A DNA stretch of 64,000 nucleotides from Thermodesulfobacteriota bacterium (GCA_965216785.1 OZ244197.1:2368001-2432000), one strand, 5' to 3'. Positions 38,791-49,457 are shown, counted from the first letter of the stretch. The notes: a model not told the origin generated them from the sequence alone. Numbers and translations are program-made.

Positions 38791-38819
38791 TTGACTTTTT
38801 TGCTCATAAATAATATTAT
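38791..38819 (+). promoter_or_regulatory. Putative sigma-70 promoter
   Basis: TTGACT-N17-TATTAT upstream of the nitroreductase gene. Confidence 0.5.
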
Positions 38820-38869
38820 GGTTGATTGTCTGGTTAGAAAAAAATCAAAATGTTATATAGGAGGCCAAA

Positions 38870-39901
38870 ATGAGTGATTTAGTGATAGATGGTCTGCCTC
38901 AAGCTAGCGAAGTAAAACCGCTTGATACGTTTGATGCAATCGGTTTGAGGAGATCAATCAGATGGTATGAACCTAACAAGCCTGTAGAGAAATGGAAAGT
39001 ACAGGCTATGTTGGAAGCAGCAAGGATAGCCCCTTCAGCCGGTAACTTTAACGGACAGAGGGCGATAGTTGTATACAGGGACGAAGACCCTGAAATTTGG
39101 GAGTTCATTTCAGACTGGAGCCAGGTAACAACGCAAATGGCTCCGATACTTATTTTCTGGTGCTATGACCTGTCGGCATACGACACACAGGGACAGCAAT
39201 TACACGATCTTATGAGAACGGGTGCTTTGGATAAAGCTCACGGTTGGGAATACGAGCGTGTAAACAGGCTTTTCCCTCTACCAGCGATCCTGCCGGACTT
39301 CGTTCTTCACAGGCTGGCATGCATCGACTTGGGTAACGCTCTTCAGAATGCAATCCTAGCAGGTACAGCGCTGGGTCTGGGTACGTGTCTTAACGGCGCG
39401 AGCGGAGGAGCAAGACGTAACGTGAAAGCTAAATTTAACCTACCGGATTCATACGTTTTCTGCTGGCTCCAGACAGTTGGATACCCTGCCGAGAATTTAG
39501 ACGGCGGAGGAACAAGAGGAAGACCTCCTTTTGAAACCATGTTCTTTAAAACAAAAGTCGGACAGCCTTTTGAGAGAGACGCGGCGACCGTAGAGCTTCT
39601 TAAAGAGCTAAAATTGATCCAGCAGCCCGGACCTACACCGGGAAGGCTTGAGGAGATCAACAAGCTCACCAAGAGGTTCGGACTCGGTGACGACGCCCTT
39701 ACGGATTGGAAGCTTGGACCGTCACAGCTCGACATTGACCCGGTCAACTGCGTTGATACTAAACCTGATATGCTCAGCCCTGAAGAGGTCGCGGCCTCTG
39801 CAGAGGGAGCGCCGCCAAGCGACTTCCAGCTTCACCCGACGGTAAAGAGGGAAGTACTTGATCAGTATAAGAAAGAAAAAGGTATTACCGACGCTGACTA
39901 A
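38870..39901 (+). CDS. Nitroreductase family protein with a C-terminal extension
   Basis: RRSIRWY, EAARIAPSAGN, QNAILAGTALGLGTC, VGYP; AGGAGG RBS. Confidence 0.88.
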   Translation: MSDLVIDGLPQASEVKPLDTFDAIGLRRSIRWYEPNKPVEKWKVQAMLEAARIAPSAGNFNGQRAIVVYRDEDPEIWEFISDWSQVTTQMAPILIFWCYDLSAYDTQGQQLHDLMRTGALDKAHGWEYERVNRLFPLPAILPDFVLHRLACIDLGNALQNAILAGTALGLGTCLNGASGGARRNVKAKFNLPDSYVFCWLQTVGYPAENLDGGGTRGRPPFETMFFKTKVGQPFERDAATVELLKELKLIQQPGPTPGRLEEINKLTKRFGLGDDALTDWKLGPSQLDIDPVNCVDTKPDMLSPEEVAASAEGAPPSDFQLHPTVKREVLDQYKKEKGITDAD

Positions 39902-39928
39902 ACTTAAAAACAAACGGAGGTTTTTAAA

Positions 39929-40123
39929 ATGGCTGAAATAACCATTAACATTCCTGATCCGGTTTTCGAGACCATTAAGAAGAGAGCTGAAATGACAAAG
40001 TCGACACCTGAGCAGCTTGTTACGGTAAGCACGATCCTTTGTTATTCGGCGACTCACTATGACTCATCCAAGTGGCTTAAAAACAGAGATCCTGAGTCTA
40101 CTGACATGACATCCCCATGGTAG
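39929..40123 (+). CDS. Small protein with a ribbon-helix-helix-like N-terminus
   Basis: GGAGG RBS; ITINIPDPVFETIKKRA; followed by a terminator. Confidence 0.65.
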   Translation: MAEITINIPDPVFETIKKRAEMTKSTPEQLVTVSTILCYSATHYDSSKWLKNRDPESTDMTSPW

Positions 40124-40178
40124 GAGGTCTTAGTTAGTACACGGATCTTAGAAAATAAGAAAAAGAAGTTTAAAAAAG

Positions 40179-40217
40179 AAAACGGGGTTGCACCAAAGAG
40201 TGCTTCCCCGTTTTTTT
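40179..40217. terminator. Intrinsic terminator, probably bidirectional
   Basis: aaaacgggg..gcac-loop-gtgc..ccccgttttttt between convergent genes. Confidence 0.75.
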
Positions 40218-40265
40218 ATTTTCACTCGATTTAATTGCTACAGATTCTAAAAGTTAAATGCCGAA

Positions 40266-41408
40266 CTAGATACCGAGCTCACGAGCGATCACAACGTGCT
40301 GTATCTCGGATGTGCCTTCAGTAATGGAGGCGAGCTTCGCGTCTCTGTAGTAGCGCTCTACCGGGAACTCCACCCCGTACCCGTAGCCGCCGAGTACCTG
40401 AACGGCCTCGGTGCATACTTCCTGTACGATGTTTGATGCATAGAGCTTGGCCATTGAAGCTTCTTTAAGGGCATTCTGGTCTGTACTGTAGAGCCACGCG
40501 GCCTTGTATACAAGGAGCCTTGCGGTCTCTATCTTAACAGCCATTTCTGCTAATTTAAAACTGATTGCCTGAAACTTCGAAATCGCTCTTCCGAACGCCT
40601 CTCTCTCTTTAGAGTAGTTAAGAGCGAACTCAAACGCGGCCTGTGATAGCCCGACTGATTTTGCGGCGTGTGTTATGCGAGCGCCAAGCAGTGTTGCCAT
40701 AGCGCCGTTGAAACCGCCTTCGCCCACGAGTAGGTTTTCTTCGGGCACCTCGCAGTTCTCAAACACAAGCTCCGCCGTGTCTGCAGAGCGGTGACCGAGT
40801 TTGTGGATCTTGTTCTTTTCGGTAAACCCCGGGGCGTCGCTGTCTATAATGAAGAGGCTTATCCCGGTGCCTTTCTTAGTCTTGTCTGTATACGCTGCTA
40901 CGATCACATAGTCGCACATCGTGCCGTTGGTAATCCAGGTTTTAGTGCCGTTAATAATGTACTTACCGTCTTTTTTCGCTGCGGTCGCGCGTATGGCTCT
41001 TGCGTCCGAGCCGGCGTCGGGCTCTGTGAGTCCGAGAGCTCCAATCAATTTGCCCTCTATGCCTGGGATTAGATATTTCTCTTTCTGAGCGTCATTGCCG
41101 AACTTTTCAATAGGGACCATGGACAGACTAGTGTGCGCGTTTACGCACATGGCTATGCCTGCGTTGATGCGTCCCATCTCTTCTGCGAATATACACTCCG
41201 TTACTTTATCCAGACCCACACCGCCGTACTCTTCTGGCATGGATATGCCTAGGAATCCCATTTCGCCAAGCTTGGGGAATATCTCCACGGGAAATTTTTC
41301 GTTATTTTCCGCATCTTCCACCAGGGGAGTTATCTCATTCTCCCCAAAATCCCTAATCGTATCTTTGAACATTTGCTGTTCTTCTGTGAGTTCAAAATCT
41401 ATGGGCAT
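40266..41408 (-). CDS. Acyl-CoA dehydrogenase
   Basis: LTEPDAGSD, NGTKTWITNG, REAFGR.I..FQ, GGYGY, ITEGTSEIQ. Confidence 0.95.
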   Translation of the reverse strand: MPIDFELTEEQQMFKDTIRDFGENEITPLVEDAENNEKFPVEIFPKLGEMGFLGISMPEEYGGVGLDKVTECIFAEEMGRINAGIAMCVNAHTSLSMVPIEKFGNDAQKEKYLIPGIEGKLIGALGLTEPDAGSDARAIRATAAKKDGKYIINGTKTWITNGTMCDYVIVAAYTDKTKKGTGISLFIIDSDAPGFTEKNKIHKLGHRSADTAELVFENCEVPEENLLVGEGGFNGAMATLLGARITHAAKSVGLSQAAFEFALNYSKEREAFGRAISKFQAISFKLAEMAVKIETARLLVYKAAWLYSTDQNALKEASMAKLYASNIVQEVCTEAVQVLGGYGYGVEFPVERYYRDAKLASITEGTSEIQHVVIARELGI

Positions 41409-41597
41409 CTCTACCTCCTGGCTGCATGATTTGCAACGTTTTTTGTTGTTTTTAGTGTTTGCCGCCCTTGATTATAGCATGATTTTAAATTTTTTGTACT
41501 CATTTTAGTGCTCTAAGTAAGATTTACCTTGACTTTTTTTAATAATTTTTATTATAGTAGTAACAGGAACGAAAAAACACCCAAGGAGGTTTACACT

Positions 41598-41804
41598 ATG
41601 GCTGTAGCAAGAATAACAGAGATTATCGGATCATCGGAAACATCGTGGGACGATGCCGTAAAGAATGCGATGGAGAGAGCGAACCAAACACTCCGCGGCT
41701 TGACCGGGCTTGAGGTTACCAAGATGAACGCTTCAGTTGGCGAAGACGGGCAGATTGCGGAATACAGAGCGCACATCAGAATTACATTTATCTTGGAAGG
41801 CTAA
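41598..41804 (+). CDS. Dodecin family flavin-binding protein
   Basis: EIIGSSETSWDDAVKNA..RA..TLRG, EYRAHIRITF.LE; AAGGAGG RBS before ATG 41598. Confidence 0.88.
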   Translation: MAVARITEIIGSSETSWDDAVKNAMERANQTLRGLTGLEVTKMNASVGEDGQIAEYRAHIRITFILEG

Positions 41805-42128
41805 GACTTAATCACAGATAGAACATAATAAGGGGGGCGAAGATGCCCCCCTCCTGAAGGTCTCAATACCTTCCCCTATATAATTCAGGATAATCTATAT
41901 ATATAGATTATTATCACTTAATCATACCCCCCTATTTTACCATACTATTATCCACAACATCGCAAAATAAATATGCATATGCGCAAAATAAATTAGCCCC
42001 ATTTTTCAATATCGAGTAATGACAGGGGGTTACGGCATTATAAATCTTCGCAAGTGCGTACAAATACCCTTGACAACGCAAAATTACCGCTTATATTATT
42101 ACTAAATACAAGACAGGAGGTCATGAAA

Positions 42129-42548
42129 ATGGCTGCAAAAAAGAAAGTATTTGACACAGAAGAATTTACATCTTCATTCAAGGAATTCTCAAAACTTATG
42201 AAAGAGACATATTTAAGTACTCTTGATTTCTCTCTTTCGGTTGCCGAGGAAAATAAAAAAGCTATTAACGGGCAGCTCGATTACTTAATCGGCGCTGAGA
42301 AAGAATACGTTAAGTCCGTTAAAGATTTTTATGCCGAGGCTCCTGTTAAGGACCTGCCTTTCGGCAAGTTTGACACAAAAGCTTTTGAAGAGGGCGTAGA
42401 CAAGCTGATAGATTATCAGAAGAACGCTATTGAGTCCGTAAAAGGTATCTCAGACAACGTGACCACAGAGAGCTATGTAATTACCAAGAAAAATCTTGAG
42501 AAAGGTTTTAGTCTCTTTGATGAAGCGCTGGATTCTATAAAGATATAA
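42129..42548 (+). CDS. Hypothetical all-helical protein, phasin-like
   Basis: AGGAGG RBS 8 nt before ATG 42129; TTGACA upstream; amphipathic helical pattern. Confidence 0.6.
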   Translation: MAAKKKVFDTEEFTSSFKEFSKLMKETYLSTLDFSLSVAEENKKAINGQLDYLIGAEKEYVKSVKDFYAEAPVKDLPFGKFDTKAFEEGVDKLIDYQKNAIESVKGISDNVTTESYVITKKNLEKGFSLFDEALDSIKI

Positions 42549-42775
42549 ATCAATCAGAGTTATAATCCGGGAGAGCCTGGCCCAATGGGCTCTCCAACAG
42601 GGTTATTAAAAAGGGTTTTATTTTCATTTTGTCTTTTCGGATTTAACAGGGCGGCTTATACCCAGGGTCTCGTATTATAGGTAACAAGTGATTTCACTCT
42701 TGAACTCAAAGCTGCGCACTCCCTATCAGCTCCTATTCAGAAAACCCTAATTTCTATTACACTTAAAGGAATAAG

Positions 42776-43975
42776 ATGGCTAGAAAACAAGAATTTGAGA
42801 ATGTCGCTCCGGATATAAAAGAAGTAGATTCTCTTGCGCATTTAAGTGATTTTAAAGATGTTGCCGATTTTATGGGTGAGGACTCAAAGAACGGCGAATT
42901 TGATTTTAATACTGAAGAATTTGACCGGGAAGACTCAATTGATGTTAAAAGCAACAATCTGAAAGAGCGAAAAGCCTCGACCGAGGAGCACCTGAGGCTT
43001 CTTCACGTATATTTTAAGGATCTTGAGCATGAGACTTCCCTACTTACGCCAGAGGAAGAAATCCGCATTGCCGCGAACATAAAAAAATGCGGAGCAAAAG
43101 CCCGGGCGCTGCAATCAAAGCTCCGGAAAATATCAAAATTAAACGGCAGTAAAAGCGGTAAACACGTACAAAGCTCTCTTAAGAACGGGATGAAATATGC
43201 GGACAGGATAAACACCCTTTCTGACGCGTATATGAAACGCTCGTTCGAGCTCAAGCAGCGCTTCATAAAATCGAACCTAAAACTCGTTATCAGTATTGCT
43301 AAAAATTATATGGGCCGCGGTCTCCCTCTCTCGGACCTGATTCAGGAAGGGAACCTGGGACTACTTCGCGCAGTAGAGAAATATGATTACACGCTCGGAT
43401 ATAAGTTTTCGACCTATGCGAGCTGGTGGATACAGCAGGCTGTGTTCAGAGCGCCGTTTGAACGCTCTAAGGTCATAAGGATCCCCGTGTATCTGTATGA
43501 GTGGTCAGGAAAAGTAAAGGCCATGAACGCTATTCTGGAAAAAGAGCTTGGAAGAGAGCCCACTATGGAAGAGCTGGCTAAGGAGCTTGGAATTTCCACC
43601 TCTGTCACGAAGCGGATCATTCAAGCAGCCTCAGATGTGATGAGAAACGTAAGCTCGCTGGATACCCCGGTTACGGACAGTGACGAAAGGACCAGAGTGG
43701 AATTTGTAGAAGACCACAGAATACCCCAGCCCGATAAAGCAATCACAAAACGGATTATAAATAAAAGGATAAGAGAGATAATCTCTCATCTTGACCCCAA
43801 GGAGCAGGAAATACTGAAGATGCGATTTGGGATCGGTATCAATACTACCTATACGCTTAGTGAAATAGGGCAGGAGTTCGGAGTTACCAGAGAGCGTATC
43901 AGACAGATTGAGAAACAGGCGCTTGAAAAAATTTCCACTTCTCCACTCGGCGAGAACTTAAGAGACCTGATTTAA
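42776..43975 (+). CDS. RNA polymerase sigma-70 factor, RpoD/RpoS-like alternative
   Basis: NLKLVISIAK.Y..RGL..DLIQEGN.GL..AVEK, KFSTYASWWI, LGREPT.EELA, TLSEIG..FGVTRERIRQIE. Confidence 0.92.
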   Translation: MARKQEFENVAPDIKEVDSLAHLSDFKDVADFMGEDSKNGEFDFNTEEFDREDSIDVKSNNLKERKASTEEHLRLLHVYFKDLEHETSLLTPEEEIRIAANIKKCGAKARALQSKLRKISKLNGSKSGKHVQSSLKNGMKYADRINTLSDAYMKRSFELKQRFIKSNLKLVISIAKNYMGRGLPLSDLIQEGNLGLLRAVEKYDYTLGYKFSTYASWWIQQAVFRAPFERSKVIRIPVYLYEWSGKVKAMNAILEKELGREPTMEELAKELGISTSVTKRIIQAASDVMRNVSSLDTPVTDSDERTRVEFVEDHRIPQPDKAITKRIINKRIREIISHLDPKEQEILKMRFGIGINTTYTLSEIGQEFGVTRERIRQIEKQALEKISTSPLGENLRDLI

Positions 43976-44023
43976 TCTTTTGTACGACTTCTATATAATA
44001 GTCCGGCAAGCTTAAGTTAAGGC

Positions 44024-44398
44024 TTATTCGTCGGGACCTTGTATTACCTCTATTTCTTCTTCACTTTCAGTCGCGCCGTCAGGCCCAAGTCCAAGTATCC
44101 ACTCGTTTACATAAGCGTCCAGATCAAAGGGCGGCTCCCATTTCTTATTGATGAAGATTAAAAGCTCCTGACCTGGATAGATCCTTGAGCCTCTAATCTC
44201 GCTCGGGTTCCACTGTCTGATCTTCCGCCATTCCCGCGGGTTGAGCATATAATAGCCGGCAAGAACGCCAAGAGTCTCGCCTTTTTTGACCGTATGGTAA
44301 GTCGTTGTGTATTTTGGCGGAGGGAATTCTATTGCCCAAGCCTGTGATGAGATAAAGAAAAGAGTTAATCCTACAATTGCAATTAAACGAACAAACAT
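44024..44398 (-). CDS. Exported LysM domain protein
   Basis: Signal peptide; YHTVKKGETL..LA....IYPGQEL. Confidence 0.8.
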   Translation of the reverse strand: MFVRLIAIVGLTLFFISSQAWAIEFPPPKYTTTYHTVKKGETLGVLAGYYMLNPREWRKIRQWNPSEIRGSRIYPGQELLIFINKKWEPPFDLDAYVNEWILGLGPDGATESEEEIEVIQGPDE

Positions 44399-44536
44399 AA
44401 CATCACCCCTTTAAGTGTTGTTGTTAACACTATAATTTTACTACATTTTTTGCCTGTTTGTATAGTACCCAAGCGTAAATTGCCAAATTGATATTAAGAT
44501 TGCCGGTTTTTTTATGTACATTAATAGCCACAGAAG

Positions 44537-44986
44537 ATGCGTATTATCCTACAAAGAGTGAAACAGGCGAGTGTTGAAATCGGAGGCGAGGTGGTCGGCC
44601 AAATAGGGCAGGGCGCGCTCGTCCTTTTGGGAGCCGGGAAAGAGGATACTGACCAGGACGTTGAGTATCTGGTAGAGAAGATCCTGGGGCTCAGGATATT
44701 CGAGGACGACGCCGGGAAGATGAATTTATCCGTAACAGATATAGGCGGAGAAATTCTCGTAGTGTCGCAGTTTACGCTTTACGGCGACTGCAGAAAAGGA
44801 AGGAGGCCGTCATTCGATAAGGCCGCTTCGCCTGACCTGGCAGAGGACCTCTACGAAAGCTTCGTCCAAAGGTTGCGGGACTTCGGCATTCCCGTGCAAA
44901 CAGGCAAATTCGGCGCGATGATGGATGTGTCTCTAGTTAATTGGGGACCTGTTACTATCATGCTAGATAGTAAGAGGGGGTTTTAG
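44537..44986 (+). CDS. dtd: D-aminoacyl-tRNA deacylase
   Basis: QRV, LRIFED..GKMN, SQFTL, NWGPVT. Confidence 0.96.
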   Translation: MRIILQRVKQASVEIGGEVVGQIGQGALVLLGAGKEDTDQDVEYLVEKILGLRIFEDDAGKMNLSVTDIGGEILVVSQFTLYGDCRKGRRPSFDKAASPDLAEDLYESFVQRLRDFGIPVQTGKFGAMMDVSLVNWGPVTIMLDSKRGF

Positions 44987-45255
44987 GTTATTCCGTAAAT
45001 GAAAATAACAAATCACCCCCACCTTTAATTATTTTGGGTTCAGAAATTACGTGCCTGGAGTTTAATAATCAAAGTAGCTTTGATGAATATAGACCTATTC
45101 CTCACACGCTCGAAATAGTTCCCCGTCAATGGGGAGGAAATAGTTTAGATTCCCGATTATTACATTCGTGAATGACAAGTCTTTGGTTTTTCTACTAGGT
45201 TAACTAAACAATGCTGTTAAGTTGATTTCCCCCCTTTAGTTATTATATTATCGCT

Positions 45256-45711
45256 ATGGAAAAGGTGGTCTGCACGCACCCGAGGGCAAAGCGGGACTAT
45301 GACATCGAGGAGCGTTTTGAGGCAGGGCTTGAGCTCAAGGGCTCGGAGGTAAAGTCTCTTCGCACCAGCCAGGCGAGCATCAAGGAGAGCTTCGCTATGC
45401 TGCGGGATAACGAAGTGTTTCTGATAAACAGCTACATCGCCCCTTACGAGGCTGCGAACATATTTAATCATGAAACGCGCCGCGACCGTAAGCTCCTCCT
45501 GAATAAGCACGAGATAAAGCGCCTGATCGGGAAGACGCAGATAAGGGGCTACACGCTGATACCCATTAAGATGTACTTTAAGAACGGTAAAGCAAAAGTT
45601 GAGATTGCGCTTGGCAAGGGTAAAAAAGTTCTGGATAGGCGTGAGGATATAAAGAAGCGCGAGGCCGACCGCGAGATGGAAAGGGCCATCAAGCAGAAGC
45701 ACCGCTATTAA
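45256..45711 (+). CDS. smpB: SsrA-binding protein
   Basis: EAGLEL.GSEVKSLR, RKLLL.K.EI, GKGKK..DRRE. Confidence 0.96.
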   Translation: MEKVVCTHPRAKRDYDIEERFEAGLELKGSEVKSLRTSQASIKESFAMLRDNEVFLINSYIAPYEAANIFNHETRRDRKLLLNKHEIKRLIGKTQIRGYTLIPIKMYFKNGKAKVEIALGKGKKVLDRREDIKKREADREMERAIKQKHRY

Positions 45712-45795
45712 CACCTGTTAAGAGCCTTATTCCTAGTGTACAATTATATATATAATCACATTCATCGTGTATTATATCTTGTTCTTCCAATTTAT

Positions 45796-46150
<355 letters not shown>

Positions 46151-46171
46151 ACTGATACGGAGTATCTGCTA

Positions 46172-46552
46172 GTGTCCGATATTGATTTGATGTCTCAGAT
46201 AATAAATCTGAACAATGCCTGGATGGACGATTTTAAAAGGGGCGACGCCAAGGCAGTAGGGGAGCATTATACTGACGATGCCGTAAGCCTGCCGCCCGGC
46301 ATTAATCCTATTGTAGGGAAGCAGGCGATAATCGACTACTGGCGCGAGGCAATGGTCTCAGGCGCGGGCAGCCTAAATATTCAGACAAAAGAAGTTGAAA
46401 GGGCAGGGGAGCTGGTTATTGAGATTGGCGAGACGGAGCTTCTGAGCGCGGAAAGGGAAATACTGGATCGTTTTAATTACATGGTCATATGGAAAGAATC
46501 AGGCGACTCCTGGCTAATATACAAAGAGATATGGAACTCCACACAAAAGTAA
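46172..46552 (+). CDS. SnoaL/NTF2-like (DUF4440/YybH) protein
   Basis: GDAKAV..HYTDDAV.LPP...IVGKQAI..YW, YMVIWK...W.I..EIWN. Confidence 0.8.
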   Translation: MSDIDLMSQIINLNNAWMDDFKRGDAKAVGEHYTDDAVSLPPGINPIVGKQAIIDYWREAMVSGAGSLNIQTKEVERAGELVIEIGETELLSAEREILDRFNYMVIWKESGDSWLIYKEIWNSTQK

Positions 46553-46561
46553 TCCAAAATT

Positions 46562-47386
46562 CTAGGAAAAAAACTTTTTCTTATGAATGTGATCCAGGCA
46601 CGGCATGCGGCGTCTTATGTCCTCTAGATAATCCATGTCTATATCCGCTGTGATCACGTCGTCTTTATCCTGGCACACTGTAAGCACCTGGCCCCAGGGG
46701 TCTACGATCATCGAGCGTCCGTAGGTCATGATGCCGGGTTTGTACAGGCCGTGCTGTGCGGGCGCTACAATGTAGCACTGGTTCTCGATAGCTCTTGCCC
46801 TTAGCAAAACCTCCCAATGGTCTTTGCCTGTATAGAGGGTAAACGCCGAGGGGACAAAGATTATCCTTGCGCCTTTCAGAGCAAGCGCTCTGTAAAGCTC
46901 GGGGAAGCGTAGGTCGTAACATATGCTAAGGCCCACAGTATGCCCAAAGAGATTTACCGTTACTACTTTATTACCTCCTTTTATGTGCGAAGACTCTTTG
47001 TGCGTATAGTCTTTATCCAGCGCAACGTCAAAGAGGTGCATCTTGTCATAGCGCGCTGTAATCTTCCCCTTGTTATCAATGACAAGACATGTGTTGCTGA
47101 CTTTATTTTTATTCCCGGTTTTAAATGGAATGCTGCCTCCGACTATCGCTACTCTATTGGTCCTTGCGAACTTCTTAAGAGCTTTTACGGCGGGGTCTTT
47201 GTCCGGCTCTGTGGCGAAGGCGAGCTTTCCTTCCGATTCACCTACGTAGGAGAAGTCTTCCGGGAGACCTATAATCCGCGCTCCGAGCTCGACCGCTTTT
47301 TCCATAAGCTCCAGGGATTTTGATATGTTAGTTCCCCTGTCCGATGAAGGGGACATCTGAACCGCGGCAATTTTTAAGTTACTCAT
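46562..47386 (-). CDS. Carbon-nitrogen hydrolase (Nit1/omega-amidase-like)
   Basis: Glu-Lys-Cys triad in LPE, YDKMHLFD, ICYDLRFPE; RARAIENQCY. Confidence 0.92.
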   Translation of the reverse strand: MSNLKIAAVQMSPSSDRGTNISKSLELMEKAVELGARIIGLPEDFSYVGESEGKLAFATEPDKDPAVKALKKFARTNRVAIVGGSIPFKTGNKNKVSNTCLVIDNKGKITARYDKMHLFDVALDKDYTHKESSHIKGGNKVVTVNLFGHTVGLSICYDLRFPELYRALALKGARIIFVPSAFTLYTGKDHWEVLLRARAIENQCYIVAPAQHGLYKPGIMTYGRSMIVDPWGQVLTVCQDKDDVITADIDMDYLEDIRRRMPCLDHIHKKKFFS

Positions 47387-47388
47387 CG

Positions 47389-48063
47389 TTATCCTTTCTT
47401 TCTGCTGTTAACTATAGCATCGAAAAGCTCATCTCCCTCATATCTCATAACCCAGGTGTCAGGGCCGACGACCTGCATCAGCACTTTAGATCCAGGGCTG
47501 CAGTGGCTTATGCTCCCTATATGGGGGTTGTCTCCCTCATAGGTTAAAATCCAGGCGTCTTCATCGCTCGGGCAGTCTATGAATAGAGAGAGCTTCAAGC
47601 CGCCGGGTATTATCTGATGAAGCACCACGCCATCGCCCGAGAGAACCCACATTACCTCATCCACTGAGTTGCCGTTGTCTGAAACGTTTATGTGAAAACG
47701 GTCGAAGCGGCTGTAATCTACCCCTTTGAGCACTATATATAACTGAGGGTATGTATAATCGTAAGGCATACAGCGCGTAACGAGCGCCCCGCCTCCAGGC
47801 ACTTTGGGCTCACGGCCCGCTTCCTTAAGAAGCTCTACAAACCTTTCTCTCGGCATCAGAAAATAATCCGATATCTCCTTTGATTCCTCATCAGTAAGAT
47901 TTTTCTTTTTTATAAGACTTTGAACATGCTCGGGCACCTGCCTCAGGTCAAGCGGCCATATTTTTGAGCCCACATGTCCTAGCTCTCCGTTAATACCATC
48001 TAGTGTATCTGGTGTCTCTCGTCCGTCAGAGTATTCAAGACGGAGACTATTTTCTATTCCCAT
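47389..48063 (-). CDS. Hypothetical protein, acireductone-dioxygenase-like cupin
   Basis: RFDRFHIN...DEVMWVLSG.G and a later PH resemble the cupin metal-binding motifs of ARD. Confidence 0.5.
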   Translation of the reverse strand: MGIENSLRLEYSDGRETPDTLDGINGELGHVGSKIWPLDLRQVPEHVQSLIKKKNLTDEESKEISDYFLMPRERFVELLKEAGREPKVPGGGALVTRCMPYDYTYPQLYIVLKGVDYSRFDRFHINVSDNGNSVDEVMWVLSGDGVVLHQIIPGGLKLSLFIDCPSDEDAWILTYEGDNPHIGSISHCSPGSKVLMQVVGPDTWVMRYEGDELFDAIVNSRKKG

Positions 48064-48085
48064 TCAGAATAGCACCTCTGGAGGA

Positions 48086-49324
48086 TTAATTATTATCAAC
48101 CGATTTTTTATAAGTTAAAAGTAAGAGTCCGCCTAATATAGAGGCGACCCCGAAAGTCAGAATAGGCAGTGGTACTAATAGGGCCGCGAGAAAACCTCCG
48201 ACTGCTGCGCCAATTGACTCGGCACCAACCTGTATGGCGAGATTGTTACCCAGCACACGGCCCTGTCTTTCAGAGCTGACAAGTGTAGACAGATAGGTGC
48301 CGCATCCGGAAATAGCCCACATCAATACCAAGAACGCTACCGCGGATAATACCCAGGCGGAAAGGATGTCTGATTTAGGAATGACGATAGCTAATATCAG
48401 AATACCCCCGATCAGTGACGACGATACTGTTATTTGTTTTAGACTAAAATGTTTGGTTAAGGGAGCGAAGAAAAAGAAATTCGATACCGCGCAGACTGCT
48501 GAGATATAAGCGTAGTAGAGTGTTACTTTATCAATTCCGTAATGCCACTCGTCTATAATATAAATCTGTATCACCCTCGCGAGTCCAAATACACCAAAGT
48601 AAATGAGGAAGTTAATCAGATAGACCCGCCTGATCGGAAGGTCCGTAAAGACTGTGGCCAGGTTTGTAAAACTCTTAAAATAGCTGATCTCTTTATTCTT
48701 ATCCGGGACAAAAGGATCGTGGAAGCTTTTCAGTACCCAGAGATAAATAAATACTAGGAGTACCGTAACCACCCAGAACGGCGTGGCGATGCTGAAATGC
48801 ACGGCCAGCTGTCCGCCAACGAGCGGGCCTATGATGTAACCCATACTCATTGCCACGTACAGGTATGAGAATAGCCGTCCCCTGTCTTCCTCTGTGCTTA
48901 TGTCGGCAATGGCGCTCTGGCAGATCGCGACGTTTGACTCTGTAAGCCCGGCCAGAAAACACGCCGCCATCAAAAGCCAGAGAAATTTTATATCAATTGA
49001 ATAGGCGATAACAATATAGAAAAAGATGGTGAATATCAGAGATATCGATAGCACTCGTTTCCGCCCGAATCTGTCCCCCAGTGAGCCTATAACGGGTGCC
49101 CCCAGGAACTGCCCCAGCGGATACAGAGCGAGCAGTATGCCGCTGTATATAACTCTTGTTGACCTGGTTACGGATTCGTCAAAAAACCCGGAGCCGTGCA
49201 TGAGCATGGGGATAAATATCGTCACCATAAGCCCATAGCCGGTAAACGCGATTAAAATTACAAGATATAGAGGCAGTATCGGATGAAGGTCGGTTTTCTC
49301 GTAATTAGGCCGTGCGGAAAGCAT
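48086..49324 (-). CDS. MFS transporter (DHA1/TetA-like)
   Basis: Motif A GSLGDRFGRKRVL; about 12 TM helices. Confidence 0.92.
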   Translation of the reverse strand: MLSARPNYEKTDLHPILPLYLVILIAFTGYGLMVTIFIPMLMHGSGFFDESVTRSTRVIYSGILLALYPLGQFLGAPVIGSLGDRFGRKRVLSISLIFTIFFYIVIAYSIDIKFLWLLMAACFLAGLTESNVAICQSAIADISTEEDRGRLFSYLYVAMSMGYIIGPLVGGQLAVHFSIATPFWVVTVLLVFIYLWVLKSFHDPFVPDKNKEISYFKSFTNLATVFTDLPIRRVYLINFLIYFGVFGLARVIQIYIIDEWHYGIDKVTLYYAYISAVCAVSNFFFFAPLTKHFSLKQITVSSSLIGGILILAIVIPKSDILSAWVLSAVAFLVLMWAISGCGTYLSTLVSSERQGRVLGNNLAIQVGAESIGAAVGGFLAALLVPLPILTFGVASILGGLLLLTYKKSVDNN

Positions 49325-49457
49325 AGAATATACCCCTCAATTAGAAGTCATTATTTTTGAAAAGCTCCCCCTCGAAAACCATTATAACAAACGCGGGAGG
49401 AAAACTATACGGCTAATTCTTTGTAGATTCGAGTTGAATTTACATATACTGCCGTTC

